NCBI GenBank assembly: GCA_041744115.1
Contig: JBGTLL010000181.1
Span: 120-64,119, forward strand
Origin: Parvularculaceae bacterium
GTDB taxonomy: Bacteria > Pseudomonadota > Alphaproteobacteria > Caulobacterales > Parvularculaceae
Length of the DNA stretch: 64,000 nt
Direction of reading: 5' to 3'
Each line of letters starts with the position of its first letter. Within the stretch, counting starts at the first letter, position 1. The notes under the pieces are model-generated. The model was given only the letters and a program-made list of their open reading frames with translations. It made no database searches and was not told the origin of the DNA. This document shows, one piece after another, positions 18,623 through 29,095 of this stretch. The position numbers were made by a program, and so were the translations under genes.

Positions 18623-21442
18623 ATGGCGCGGAATGGTGCACGGTCTACGGTGTCATCTGCAAAATCGGTCCTGCTGGCGGGTGGCGCAGCGATTGCGATT
18701 TCGGTGGCGCCAGGGGTCTCCGGCGTGGCGTTCGCGCAAGATGAGGATGACGATGAGGGCGACGAAATCGTCGTCACAGGCTTTAAGTCCAGCCTTGAGA
18801 GTTCCGTGGCCGCGAAGCGCGACGCCAAATCAATCATCGAAGCAGTGTCGGCTGAAGAAATCGGCAAACTCCCTGACGTATCGATCGCCGAATCCTTGGG
18901 CCGCCTGCCGGGCCTCGCGACGCAGCGTCTTAACGGCCGTTCGAACGTGCTGTCGATACGCGGTCTTGGCCCGGATCTTTCGACCGCTCTGTTGAATGGT
19001 CGCGAGCAAGTGACAACCAGCGACAACCGCGGCGTCGAATTCGATCAGTATCCGGCCGAACTTCTCTCTCAGGCGGTTGTCTACAAGACACCCTATTCTG
19101 GCCTGATCGGCCAGGGCCTCGCCGGCACGGTCGATCTTCGCACTATCCGTCCGCTCGACCGGAGTGAGAGGGTGTTTGCAGTGAGCGGGCGCTATGAATT
19201 CAACGAGGACGGCTCGCTCAATCCAGACTCGCCGGGCGGCGGCTATCGCGCGACTGCGACTTTTATCGACCAGTTTGATGATGATCGCGTCGGCTTTGCG
19301 ATCGGTCTTGCGCTTCAGTCATCCCCCTCACAGCAGGAACAGTTCAATGCATGGGGTTATGCGAGCGATGTTTCAGGAAACCTTCTGATCGGCGGCGCCA
19401 AGCCGTTCGTCGCATCAAATGATCTCGACCGGATCGGCGGGTTTGCGACGATCGAATTCGCGCCGCGCGAAGATTTCAACTCGACGATCGACTTTTTCTA
19501 CTCCGACTTCAATGAAGACCAAAGGCTCCGCGGCATCGAATTGCCGTTGGGATTTGGCGGCGGATTCGGGGTGACGGCAGGCCCGACGACTGCGTCCAGC
19601 AATGGGTTTGCGACCGCGGGGTCTTTCGACAATGTGCGCGGCGTCGTTCGCAACGACCTCAACGTCCGGCGCGCGAGCTTGCTGTCAGCGGGCTGGAATG
19701 GGGAATGGGACAGCGACGGCTGGGGTGTCAATATGGACGTCAGCTATTCGCGCGCCAGACGGCACGATGATTTGATCGAATCCTATTCAGGCACCGGCTT
19801 CGGATCGACCGGCGGCGCGGCGGACACGATCTTTTTCACGCAGGATCCCGGCGGCGTTCCGCAATTCACCGGCTCGCTTGATTACGGCGATACCGGCCTC
19901 TTCGTATTGACCGACCCGCTCGGCTGGGGCGGCGGTGTCGATGTCGTGCAGGCGGGCTTCATCAACGCGCCGGAAACGACTGACGAACTCTGGCATCTTC
20001 GCGGCAGCGTCGATCGCGATTTCGACAGCTTTATCAGCAACATGGAAATCGGCGCCGACTTCGGCATGCGCGAAAAGTCGCGCAATATCGATCAACAGTT
20101 CCTGACGCTTTCCGGCGGGCCGCTATTCCTCTCGCAGGGCGCGGTGCAGACGGCGCCGATTCCCGCAGGGGCGCTGCTGAGCGAATCGACGGGGCTTTCC
20201 TTCCTCGGCCTGCCGAACCAGGTGACCTACGATCCGCTCTATCTTCTCGCCAATGGAATCTACACGCCCCTGTCGGTCGAGCTGTCGTCATTCTCGGTCG
20301 CGCAGGACTGGACCGTCAACGAAGATGTGTGGACGGGCTGGGTCAAGTTCGACCTCGACGGCAATCTTGGCTCGATCCCGGTCACCGGCAATATCGGCGT
20401 ACAGGTCGTCCATACCGATCAGACATCGGACGGTTTTCGTATTCCGACGAGCGGTGTCGTTTCGGGCACATTGGGCCAGTCCGCCCAGTCCGTGACGGAC
20501 GGCGTCAAATATACCGACTGGCTGCCGAGCCTGAACCTGATTTTCGAACTGGCGGAAAACACAAAGCTTCGACTCGGCGCGTCGCGGACCTTGGCGCGCG
20601 CCCGAATGGATCAGCTGAATTCAAGTCTCTCGCTTTCCACCAATGTAACGGGCGGCAGGCTTCAAAGCACTGATCCGTTCTTTTCGGTGTTTAGCGCAAA
20701 CGGCGGCAACGCCCGTCTGAAACCCTATATTTCTAATCAGGTTGATCTGTCGGTCGAACACTATTTCGGCAGTTCCGGCTATATTTCAATCGCGGGCTTC
20801 TACAAGGATCTCGATGACTTCATCAATCCGAATGACGGGTTCATCTTCGATTTCGCGGACTATGTAGGCGAGCTTTCGCCGTCGGATCAGGCCCAGCTTG
20901 GAACGACTCTCGGCTTCATTTCGGGGCCGACGAACAACGGCTTCGGCAAGATCAAGGGAGTCGAAGCGTCGCTGTCTCTGCCGTTCGAGAACATTTCGGA
21001 AAGCCTGTCGGCCTTCGGCCTGCTGACCAGCGCGTCTTTCACGGACAGCGAGGTCACCTGGTTCCTTGAAACTGATCCCTCCGTGAACATCACTGTTACG
21101 GTTCCGGGTCTCTCCAAATGGGTCGTCAACTCGACAGCCTATTTTGAAGCCGGCGGATTCGAAGCGCGAGTCAGCCATCGCTATCGCTCCATGTTCCTCG
21201 CGGAAGTGACGGCGATCAGCGCGACGCGGCAGTTTCGCGATGCGCAGAGCGAATCGATCATCGACGCCCAGATAGGCTATCAATTCCCGTCCGGCGCGCT
21301 GGAAGGCCTTCGAATCACCGCGCAAGGCCTCAATCTTACGGACGAGCCGTTCATCACGAATTCGTTTGGCGATACGCGTCAAATCATCGACCACCAGCGT
21401 TTCGGCCGCACCTATTTAATCGGCGCGTCCATGACTTTCTGA
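18623..21442 (+). CDS. TonB-dependent receptor (maltodextrin-type, TBDR2)
   Basis: DEIVVTG TonB box, AEEIGKLPDVSIAESLGRLPG plug, C-terminal F. Confidence 0.95.
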   Translation: MARNGARSTVSSAKSVLLAGGAAIAISVAPGVSGVAFAQDEDDDEGDEIVVTGFKSSLESSVAAKRDAKSIIEAVSAEEIGKLPDVSIAESLGRLPGLATQRLNGRSNVLSIRGLGPDLSTALLNGREQVTTSDNRGVEFDQYPAELLSQAVVYKTPYSGLIGQGLAGTVDLRTIRPLDRSERVFAVSGRYEFNEDGSLNPDSPGGGYRATATFIDQFDDDRVGFAIGLALQSSPSQQEQFNAWGYASDVSGNLLIGGAKPFVASNDLDRIGGFATIEFAPREDFNSTIDFFYSDFNEDQRLRGIELPLGFGGGFGVTAGPTTASSNGFATAGSFDNVRGVVRNDLNVRRASLLSAGWNGEWDSDGWGVNMDVSYSRARRHDDLIESYSGTGFGSTGGAADTIFFTQDPGGVPQFTGSLDYGDTGLFVLTDPLGWGGGVDVVQAGFINAPETTDELWHLRGSVDRDFDSFISNMEIGADFGMREKSRNIDQQFLTLSGGPLFLSQGAVQTAPIPAGALLSESTGLSFLGLPNQVTYDPLYLLANGIYTPLSVELSSFSVAQDWTVNEDVWTGWVKFDLDGNLGSIPVTGNIGVQVVHTDQTSDGFRIPTSGVVSGTLGQSAQSVTDGVKYTDWLPSLNLIFELAENTKLRLGASRTLARARMDQLNSSLSLSTNVTGGRLQSTDPFFSVFSANGGNARLKPYISNQVDLSVEHYFGSSGYISIAGFYKDLDDFINPNDGFIFDFADYVGELSPSDQAQLGTTLGFISGPTNNGFGKIKGVEASLSLPFENISESLSAFGLLTSASFTDSEVTWFLETDPSVNITVTVPGLSKWVVNSTAYFEAGGFEARVSHRYRSMFLAEVTAISATRQFRDAQSESIIDAQIGYQFPSGALEGLRITAQGLNLTDEPFITNSFGDTRQIIDHQRFGRTYLIGASMTF

Positions 21443-21466
21443 CGCTCACCTCCCGAGCGTATCTTG

Positions 21467-21502
21467 AGCCCCGCCGGGCATGCTGACTCGGCGGGGCTTT
21501 TT
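21467..21502 (+). terminator. Rho-independent terminator after TBDR2
   Basis: AGCCCCGCCGGG/CTCGGCGGGGCT stem followed by TTTT. Confidence 0.8.
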
Positions 21503-21579
21503 CATGCGCGATGTTGTAGCGCCCCGCCCGGCGGCCCTAATGTGGCGCGCCCATCACCAAATCGGCGCTCGCGGAAATC

Positions 21580-23091
21580 ATGAACGAACACGCCATCAGG
21601 AAAATTGTCATAGTCGGCGGCGGGACGGCCGGCTGGATGGCGGCGGCGGTCTTGTCCAAAGCGTTTGCGCCGCGGATTTCAATTACGGTCGTCGAATCTG
21701 ACGAAATCGGCATTGTCGGCGTCGGCGAGGCGACGATCCCGCAGATCCGGCATATCAACAATTTCCTCGGGATCGATGAAGACGATTTCCTGAAAGCGAC
21801 GCAAGGGACCTTCAAGCTCGGTATCGAATTCAACGGCTGGACCAGGCCCGGCGAACGTTACATCCACGCCTTTGGCGATATCGGCATGCTGATCGGACTG
21901 ACGCCGTTTCACCATTACTGGCTACGCGCGCGCGCGGGCGGCTCCCTCGATTCGCTCTGGGCCTTTTCAATTAACGCCGCGACCGCAGGCGAGAACCGGT
22001 TCGACCGGCTGGAGCGCGTTGGGTCGTCGCGCCTCTCCGGCGTCCGCCACGCCTTTCATTTTGACGCCTCGCTCTATGCGCGATATCTGCGCCGGCAGGC
22101 GGAAGCGCGCGGCGTCACGCGCATCGAAGGCAAGATCGTCGAGGTCGCCGCGAACGGCGAGAGCGGTCATATCCAGTCTGTGAAGCTCGAACGCGGCGGC
22201 GTCGAACAGGGCGATCTCTTTATCGACTGCTCCGGCTTCCGAGGACTGCTGATCGAGCAGTCGCTGAAGGCTGGCTACGAAGACTGGACGCATTGGCTCC
22301 CGTGCGACCGCGCGGTTGCGGTTCCCTGCAGGCAGGGCGCCGCCCTTCGCCCCTACACGCAAGCGACGGCGCAAAAGGCCGGCTGGCAATGGCGTATTCC
22401 GTTGCAGCACCGGGTCGGAAACGGCCACGTCTATTCGAGCGCCCATGTCGATGACGACGTGGCGCGCGCCATTCTTCTCGCCAATCTCGAGGGCGAGGCG
22501 CTCGCCGAACCGCGCTTCCTCCGATTCACGACTGGCATGCGCCGCCGGCACTGGGTCAAGAATTGCGTTGCGGTCGGCCTTGCAAGCGGTTTCATGGAGC
22601 CGCTTGAGTCGACGTCGATCCATCTCATCCAGTCAAGCCTTGCGCGGCTTGTCTCCATGTTTCCGGACAAGCGCTTCGATCCCAAGTTGACTGATGAATT
22701 CAACCGACAGACGCGATTCGACTTCGAGCGCATCCGCGATTTTCTGATCCTCCATTATCACGCAAATGAGCGCGAGGATTCCGACTTCTGGAAACAATGC
22801 CGGACAATGTCGGTCCCCGACGGCCTGCAGTCGAAGATCGATCTTTTCCGATCGTCAGGCCGGATCTATCGCGAGCATGAGGAGCTGTTCACCGAAGCCG
22901 CATGGTTGCAGGTTCTGCTCGGGCAGGGCGTTGCGCCCGAACGCTATCATCCGATGGCTGATATTCTGGAAGAGGGAAAACTGCGGCAGTTTCTTTCCGA
23001 CATAAAAATCCTCATCAATCGGACCGTTGACAGCATGCCGGCGCACGCGGCTTTCATTGAGCGACACTGCGCGGCGACAGAAAGAAGTTGA
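21580..23091 (+). CDS. Tryptophan halogenase-like flavin-dependent protein 1
   Basis: GGGTAG, GVGEAT, TFKLG (conserved Lys), WQWRIP, FMEPLEST. Confidence 0.92.
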   Translation: MNEHAIRKIVIVGGGTAGWMAAAVLSKAFAPRISITVVESDEIGIVGVGEATIPQIRHINNFLGIDEDDFLKATQGTFKLGIEFNGWTRPGERYIHAFGDIGMLIGLTPFHHYWLRARAGGSLDSLWAFSINAATAGENRFDRLERVGSSRLSGVRHAFHFDASLYARYLRRQAEARGVTRIEGKIVEVAANGESGHIQSVKLERGGVEQGDLFIDCSGFRGLLIEQSLKAGYEDWTHWLPCDRAVAVPCRQGAALRPYTQATAQKAGWQWRIPLQHRVGNGHVYSSAHVDDDVARAILLANLEGEALAEPRFLRFTTGMRRRHWVKNCVAVGLASGFMEPLESTSIHLIQSSLARLVSMFPDKRFDPKLTDEFNRQTRFDFERIRDFLILHYHANEREDSDFWKQCRTMSVPDGLQSKIDLFRSSGRIYREHEELFTEAAWLQVLLGQGVAPERYHPMADILEEGKLRQFLSDIKILINRTVDSMPAHAAFIERHCAATERS

Positions 23092-23758
23092 CGGTCAGCC
23101 GCCCGCGCCGCGGATCGGACGACAAAAGTTCCGGCGTTTTGATCGCGCTGCAATGGAGCGCTTTGCCACGATAGATCAGCATGCGGTTCGGCGCCGCCTC
23201 GAACTCCGCCGTCTTCCTGAAAAACGGTTCGCCATCGCCGATATAGGCTGCGGGCGGCAAGCCTTTACCGCGAACATCCGCCTCGAGCGCCTCTTTGAAC
23301 CGAGGAAAGCGCGACGCATTGACCGACTCAAAGCCGGTTGTGAGGTGACGATAAAAAGCAGTGCCGCCGAATTCAGGGCCGCAGAGGAAAAGCAGTGCGG
23401 CGAATCGTTCGTCCTCAACGCCGTCATAATGAGGGAACCGCTGAATCGGCGTAAGCCTTTCGGGCGGCGTCGTCGCCAGCGAATAATAACATTCAGTCGA
23501 CCAGTCGGGCGCGGTGACGCCGAGTTCCGCGGTGAGAAGGCTCGCGATCGCGTGCCGCGCGCTTTCGCGGAATTCTTCATCCAGCGCTGACCTGACGCCC
23601 GGATAATAGGGTCCGAGCGGCCCGAAGGCGCGCGCCGCCGCATCTTCGAGAAGCGCATCGGGATCCTCAGCCGCGTCGTCAATGACGATAACCGGCTCGG
23701 CCTCCGCGCCATGCCGGCGCGTTTCAATATGCGCGGCCGACGACAATGCGAATTTCAT
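23054..23758 (-). CDS. DUF6445-type protein
   Basis: PVIVIDD, YPGVR, PHYDG, GGTAFYRH, NRMLIYRG-LH and GRLTVN; typical halogenase neighbour. Confidence 0.75.
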   Translation of the reverse strand: MKFALSSAAHIETRRHGAEAEPVIVIDDAAEDPDALLEDAAARAFGPLGPYYPGVRSALDEEFRESARHAIASLLTAELGVTAPDWSTECYYSLATTPPERLTPIQRFPHYDGVEDERFAALLFLCGPEFGGTAFYRHLTTGFESVNASRFPRFKEALEADVRGKGLPPAAYIGDGEPFFRKTAEFEAAPNRMLIYRGKALHCSAIKTPELLSSDPRRGRLTVNFFLSPRSVAQ

Positions 23759-25263
23759 GCAACGGCGCTTTCAAGAACATCCCGGTGCGGACGGAAGTTC
23801 AGCGCGCAGCGTTCGACGAACTCATCAATGACGCTGATGTCGAAACGCTGCTCGGCCGGCGCCGGGGCCCGCAATTTCTGCGGGAAATGGCCATAGCCGC
23901 CAAGCATCGCCTGCCACGACATGTCGGTGTAATATTGTGCAATCGACTGTTTGCGGATTTCCCCACGCATGTCGCCTCCGGAAAACCAGCAATCTAGAAT
24001 CGACCGAAGGGAGTCTGACAGGGGTTCATTCGCTGCGTTCGCCCGCCAAAAGTCCGTGTCGGCGCGTCGGCTCATCCTATAGTGGCACACAATATAATCG
24101 CGCACGCCGTCGAAACGGGCGTTAATCGCCTTGTTGAAGGCCGCTTCATGCGTGTTCGTGAAGCCGCCTTTCTCGAAGTCGTCCATAAACGCCTCGACCG
24201 TCGCTTGAACAAGGTGAAGCGCTGTCGCTTCCAACGGTTCGATAAATCCTTGTGACAGGCCCACGGCGAGGCAATTTTTCGTCCAGTGCTTCTCGACGCG
24301 ACCGATTTTCATTTTAAGGTGTCGCGCCGCGATCTCGTTTTCAAGAAGGCCGAGCGCCGCGCGAAGTTCCGTTTCCGCGTCGTCGGGCGTACAGAAATCG
24401 CTCGAGTAGACATAACCGTTGCCGCTGCGATTGGTCAGAGGAATGTCCCACCGCCAGCCGAATTTCATCGCTATTGACCGAGTTTGCGAATTGAGCCCAG
24501 ACGCATCAGGCGGCGTCGGCATCACGACGGCGGAATCGTTGAAAAGATTTTCCTTATACGACTTGAACGGCGTCGCGAGCGCTTCTTGCAGAAGCAGGCC
24601 GCGGAACCCGGTCGAGTCAACGAAGAAATCCGCGTCCAGTTTTCGGCCGTCTTCAAGCGCCAATTGCTCAATAGCGCCCGATTGTCCGAACTCGGCGCCC
24701 GCGACCCTGCCCTTCAGATGATGGACGCCCTTCGACATTGCATGATCGCACAAGAACTGGCCGACGAGATGGGCGTCGAAATGATAGCCGTAGGCAAGTT
24801 CGAACGGGAAATTTTTGGCTGCGATCGGAGCCAGACGTTTTTCGGCGAGTTTGGCGGACAGGAAGAACCGGTCGGGGCTGGCGACGAGGTCGATGCCGCG
24901 CCGGCGAGCGTAACTGTTGTAATCAAAGGCTGGTGACGTGTGCGCGTCGATCACGGAAGGAAAGGGATGAAAATAAGATGCGCAGCCTGGCGCGTCCGAC
25001 CAACCGTGAAAGCTGATGCCGTTCTTGTACGTCGCATTGCATTTCGGCATCCATTCGTCCTCGGCAACGCCGAGCTTCCCGAAAAACGCTTTTAACTGCG
25101 GGGTCGACCCTTCGCCGACGCCGATGATGCCGGTTTCCGGCGATTCAATGACGCTGACTGACACATCGGGCCAGCGCCGCGCCATCAGATTGGCCGCCAT
25201 CCATCCGGCTGTTCCACCTCCGACGACGAGAATACGCAGGGGTTGTCCGGCTATTCGCGCCAC
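23755..25263 (-). CDS. Tryptophan halogenase-like flavin-dependent protein 2
   Basis: GGGTAG, GVGEGS, TYKNG, WRWDIP, FIEPLEAT. Confidence 0.92.
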   Translation of the reverse strand: MARIAGQPLRILVVGGGTAGWMAANLMARRWPDVSVSVIESPETGIIGVGEGSTPQLKAFFGKLGVAEDEWMPKCNATYKNGISFHGWSDAPGCASYFHPFPSVIDAHTSPAFDYNSYARRRGIDLVASPDRFFLSAKLAEKRLAPIAAKNFPFELAYGYHFDAHLVGQFLCDHAMSKGVHHLKGRVAGAEFGQSGAIEQLALEDGRKLDADFFVDSTGFRGLLLQEALATPFKSYKENLFNDSAVVMPTPPDASGLNSQTRSIAMKFGWRWDIPLTNRSGNGYVYSSDFCTPDDAETELRAALGLLENEIAARHLKMKIGRVEKHWTKNCLAVGLSQGFIEPLEATALHLVQATVEAFMDDFEKGGFTNTHEAAFNKAINARFDGVRDYIVCHYRMSRRADTDFWRANAANEPLSDSLRSILDCWFSGGDMRGEIRKQSIAQYYTDMSWQAMLGGYGHFPQKLRAPAPAEQRFDISVIDEFVERCALNFRPHRDVLESAVA

Positions 25264-25266
25264 AGT

Positions 25267-26676
25267 CTATTCTTTCGTGTAAACGCGATAACTCCACGGA
25301 GCCAGCTGCAATTCGCTCGCCGCATCGAACGTAATGTCGTCCCCGGAAAAGTAATCCACATATCTTCCGAAGTGACGCGCGTCCTTAAAAGATACAGTCT
25401 GTTCCGTCGGGGTGAAGTTGATCACGGTAAAGACGCCGTCTTCCTCGCCAAAACGTACGAAGCTTAAAACTTGTTTTGGCGCGCTATTGACGACGGACAT
25501 CATCCGCGCGCCGGCTGCGCCATTCCACAAAGCTTTCGTCCCATGTTTTAGCGCAGCCAGCGTGCCGAACAATTCATTGTTCGGATGCGCCCGCCAGCCG
25601 ATCGGATCTTTTTCGAAGAATTCCAGACGCTTGGGGTTACCCGCTTCCTGACCGTTGTAGATGAGCGGGATTCCTTCGCCGACAAACGTCAGGACAATCG
25701 CGGCGCCGAGCGCGTCGCCGTAAAGCTCGGTGTCCGTTCCGTGCCAGGAATTGTAATCGTGATTGCTGGTATACGCCATGCGATAGGCCTCGATCGGCCA
25801 TGCGCTTTCGTTTGCAGAATAATAGCCGAAGAGCGCGTCGATATCCGCTGTCCCATTTGCGAGGGACTGCATCGCGCCGCTTAGCGACCAGGCGTAAGTC
25901 GCGTCGAATGCTTCGGCATGGACGTCGCGTCCTTCATACTCCGCAAGCATGAAAACCGGCCGGACGCTATCGAGCTCTTTGCGGACATTGGTCCAGAAAT
26001 CGAGCGGAATATAGCCGGCGACATCGCAGCGAAATCCGTCAACGCCGACATTCTCAACCCAGTATTTCATCGCGCGCGTCATGTACTCACGCAATTCCGG
26101 CTGCGAATAATCAAGATCAATAATGTCGGACCAGTCCCACCAGGGCGTCGGGCGAAAGTCACCCTTCCAGCTGCGCTCGTACCAGTCGGGATGCTCCGTC
26201 ACGAGCGGATTGTCCCAGGCGGTATGATTGGCGACCCAGTCGAGAATGACGCGCAATCCCTGGGCGTGCGCTGCGTCGATAAAAGATTTCAGATCGTCGA
26301 GTGTCCCGAACTCCGGATTGACGCCGTAATAATCCCTGACGGAATAGGGGCTGCCGAGCGTTCCCTTGCGGTTTTTTTCGCCGATCGGGTGGATGGGCAT
26401 CAGCCAAACGATATCCGCGCCAAGGGCCTTTAGGCGCGGTAGCTGTTTTTCGGCCGCGGCAAACGTTCCTTCGGGCGTGAACTGACGTGTATTGAGCTGG
26501 TAAATAATCGCGTTGCGCGACCATTCCGGGTGGGCAAGCTTCACATAGGGCCGCGGCGTGTAGAGGGCCGCCGTTTCGCTGACAGGCGCCTCGTCAGCCG
26601 GCGTGGCCGGCTGCGTTGGTGACGCACACGAGGCAAGCATCGCCAGCGCTGTTCCGACTAGGCTAATTCGAAACAT
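25267..26676 (-). CDS. GH13 alpha-amylase-family lipoprotein
   Basis: Lipobox MLASC; DWVANH, GFRCDVAG, LAE, SNHD. Start MFRISL with GGAGGG RBS. Confidence 0.92.
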   Translation of the reverse strand: MFRISLVGTALAMLASCASPTQPATPADEAPVSETAALYTPRPYVKLAHPEWSRNAIIYQLNTRQFTPEGTFAAAEKQLPRLKALGADIVWLMPIHPIGEKNRKGTLGSPYSVRDYYGVNPEFGTLDDLKSFIDAAHAQGLRVILDWVANHTAWDNPLVTEHPDWYERSWKGDFRPTPWWDWSDIIDLDYSQPELREYMTRAMKYWVENVGVDGFRCDVAGYIPLDFWTNVRKELDSVRPVFMLAEYEGRDVHAEAFDATYAWSLSGAMQSLANGTADIDALFGYYSANESAWPIEAYRMAYTSNHDYNSWHGTDTELYGDALGAAIVLTFVGEGIPLIYNGQEAGNPKRLEFFEKDPIGWRAHPNNELFGTLAALKHGTKALWNGAAGARMMSVVNSAPKQVLSFVRFGEEDGVFTVINFTPTEQTVSFKDARHFGRYVDYFSGDDITFDAASELQLAPWSYRVYTKE

Positions 26677-26725
26677 CGTGTCCCTCCGTCGCAGTCCTGA
26701 GGAGCGTAGCAGACGGAGCGAGGAT

Positions 26726-26739
26726 TGCAAAAAGTTGCA
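26726..26739. promoter_or_regulatory. Operator TGCAAAAAGTTGCA
   Basis: PUL2 consensus; upstream of the GH13 lipoprotein. Confidence 0.6.
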
Positions 26740-26877
26740 TTCACGGATCTTCTTTGCGGATTGAACTCCGTGGCATTAGCATTGCGGAAAAACGGTATAA
26801 AAAACACATATATTTGTCATGAGTGCGACCTCAGAATTGCTGCGCTGCAAAAAAGTCGTTAGAGATGAGCGAAAAGT

Positions 26878-26891
26878 TGCAAGAATTTACA
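26878..26891. promoter_or_regulatory. Operator TGCAAGAATTTACA
   Basis: PUL2 consensus; upstream of GH97. Confidence 0.6.
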
Positions 26892-27004
26892 TAACAGTTT
26901 AAGGTCCGTTTTCTGTTTGGGATGGGGCTTACAAAACCGCCGCCGCGCAATTCCCGCCAGTCCCGTAATGCGTTTTATTGACAGATTAAGCGAGGCGCGT
27001 TGCC

Positions 27005-29083
27005 ATGAAAAATCTGCTCGTCCAAATTGCGCGCGGCGGCGGCGCTGCGCTTGCCATGGCCGCTGGCGCCGTCGCGCAGGCGGCGCTTGAACTTTCCTCG
27101 CCAGGCGGTGAAATTGTTGTGACCGTCAGTGATGAAGGCGGGAGAGCTGCTTACGCTGTTTCCTTCGGCGGCGAACAGGTGATCGCGCCGTCACGGCTCG
27201 GCGTACGCTTCAAGGACAGCACCGGTTTCGACAGCGATCTTGCAATTGATGCAAGCGTGACGACCTCGCAAGACGAGAAATGGGAACAGCCCTGGGGCGA
27301 GCGGCGCATCGTCCGCGACAGGCACAACGAACTCTACGTCGAGTTTGCGCCTTCTGGCGGACATGACCGGCGAATGGGTGTCCGCTTTCGGGCCTTTGAT
27401 GACGGCGTTGGTTTTCGCTATGAGTTTCCGCGCCAGAAGAAACTGAAATCCGACGCAATCGTCAATGAGCTGACGGAATTTGCGGTCGCGGATCAATCGA
27501 CTGTCTGGTGGATTCCGGCGCGCTACTGGAACCGGTACGAATATCTCTATCGGGAAAGCAGGGCGACCGAGGAACTGACGTCTCATACGCCGATGACCCT
27601 GAAGACGCCGTCCGGCGTCTATCTCAGCATTCACGAGGCGGCGCTGGTCGACTATGCCGGAATGTCGCTGCGCCAGATACGGGCGGGCCGGTTCAAGGCG
27701 GACCTGTCGCCATGGTCGGACGGCACGCTCGTAAAATTCAAGACGCCGTTCGTCAGCCCGTGGCGCACGATCCAGATTTCGCCCGACGCCAAAGGGCTTT
27801 TGAATTCGAGCCTTATCCTCAATCTCAATCAGCCCAACAAACTCGGCGACGTGTCGTGGGTCGAGCCGGGGAAATATGTCGGCGTCTGGTGGGAAATGCA
27901 TGTCCGCGATTCAAGCTGGGGCATGAACCCGCTGCATGGCGCCACCACCGCGAATGTAGAACGCTACATCGACTTTGCCGCCAAATATGGATTCAAAGGC
28001 GTTCTTGTCGAAGGCTGGAATGTCGGATGGGACGACGACTGGTTCGGCAACGGCAAAGTGTTCGACTTCACGAAAGCCTATCCGGACTTCGATCTCCCTC
28101 GACTTGCCGCGTATGCTCAAGAGAAAGGCGTCCGAATTATCGGTCATCATGAAACTGGCGGCGCCGCGACGCATTATGAGCGTCAGATGGAAGAGGCGTT
28201 CGCACTTTATGAAGATGCGGGCGTCAGGACCGTGAAAACCGGCTATGTCGCCGACGGCGGCGGCGTTCAGCGCCTCGATGAGGAGGGGATCGAACGGTTC
28301 GAATGGCATGACGGCCAGTTCATGGCGAACCATCACCTTAAAATTGTGAAAGCGGCGGCGAAGCACAAGATTGCGATCAACCCGCATGAGCCGATCAAGG
28401 ATACCGGCCTGCGTCGGACCTATCCGAACTGGATCTCACGGGAAGGCGCCCGCGGCCAAGAGTACAACGCCTGGGGCCAGCCGCCCAATCCGCCGGAGCA
28501 TGAGGCGATGATTGCGTTCACCCGGATGCTGTCGGGACCGATGGATTTTACGCCCGGCATATTTGATCTTGAACCGAATAAACGTGTCCCCGTGCGCGAG
28601 GACATGCCGCGTTCCGATCCAAAAATCCGGGTGGAAACAACGCTGGCGAAGCAGCTGGCGCTGTATGTCGTTCTTTATTCGCCGATCCAGATGGCGGCGG
28701 ATTTTCCGGAGAACTATGAGAAGCGTCGCGACGCCTTCCAGTTTATTGTCGACGTGCCGACCGATTGGGAGGAAAGCGTCGGGCTGGCCGGAGACATCGG
28801 CGATTATGTCGTGATGGCGCGCAAGGAGCGCGGCGGCGAAGACTGGTATATCGGCGCCATTACGGATGAGACGGCCCGCGATATTTCGCTTCCCCTGGAG
28901 TTTCTTGACGAGGGAAAATCCTACGTCGCTGAAATCTATCGGGACGGCGAAAAAGCGGACTGGAAAACGCGCCCCTATGACATCGTTATCGAGAAGCGGA
29001 GCGCAGCGAAGACAGAAACGCTGCGGATCAGGCTCGCGCCAGGCGGCGGCGCGGCGGTGCGCTTGCGCGCAATCAGCGAATAG
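27005..29083 (+). CDS. GH97 alpha-glucosidase (SusB-like)
   Basis: PGKYVGVWW, GVLVEGWN, GHHETG, REGARGQE, GPMDFTPG. Confidence 0.95.
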   Translation: MKNLLVQIARGGGAALAMAAGAVAQAALELSSPGGEIVVTVSDEGGRAAYAVSFGGEQVIAPSRLGVRFKDSTGFDSDLAIDASVTTSQDEKWEQPWGERRIVRDRHNELYVEFAPSGGHDRRMGVRFRAFDDGVGFRYEFPRQKKLKSDAIVNELTEFAVADQSTVWWIPARYWNRYEYLYRESRATEELTSHTPMTLKTPSGVYLSIHEAALVDYAGMSLRQIRAGRFKADLSPWSDGTLVKFKTPFVSPWRTIQISPDAKGLLNSSLILNLNQPNKLGDVSWVEPGKYVGVWWEMHVRDSSWGMNPLHGATTANVERYIDFAAKYGFKGVLVEGWNVGWDDDWFGNGKVFDFTKAYPDFDLPRLAAYAQEKGVRIIGHHETGGAATHYERQMEEAFALYEDAGVRTVKTGYVADGGGVQRLDEEGIERFEWHDGQFMANHHLKIVKAAAKHKIAINPHEPIKDTGLRRTYPNWISREGARGQEYNAWGQPPNPPEHEAMIAFTRMLSGPMDFTPGIFDLEPNKRVPVREDMPRSDPKIRVETTLAKQLALYVVLYSPIQMAADFPENYEKRRDAFQFIVDVPTDWEESVGLAGDIGDYVVMARKERGGEDWYIGAITDETARDISLPLEFLDEGKSYVAEIYRDGEKADWKTRPYDIVIEKRSAAKTETLRIRLAPGGGAAVRLRAISE

Positions 29084-29095
29084 GGGCGGCAACCG

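Noticed and set aside
21580-25263. Halogenated secondary-metabolite gene cluster
   Set aside because: No NRPS/PKS, tailoring or flavin reductase genes; embedded in a sugar locus.
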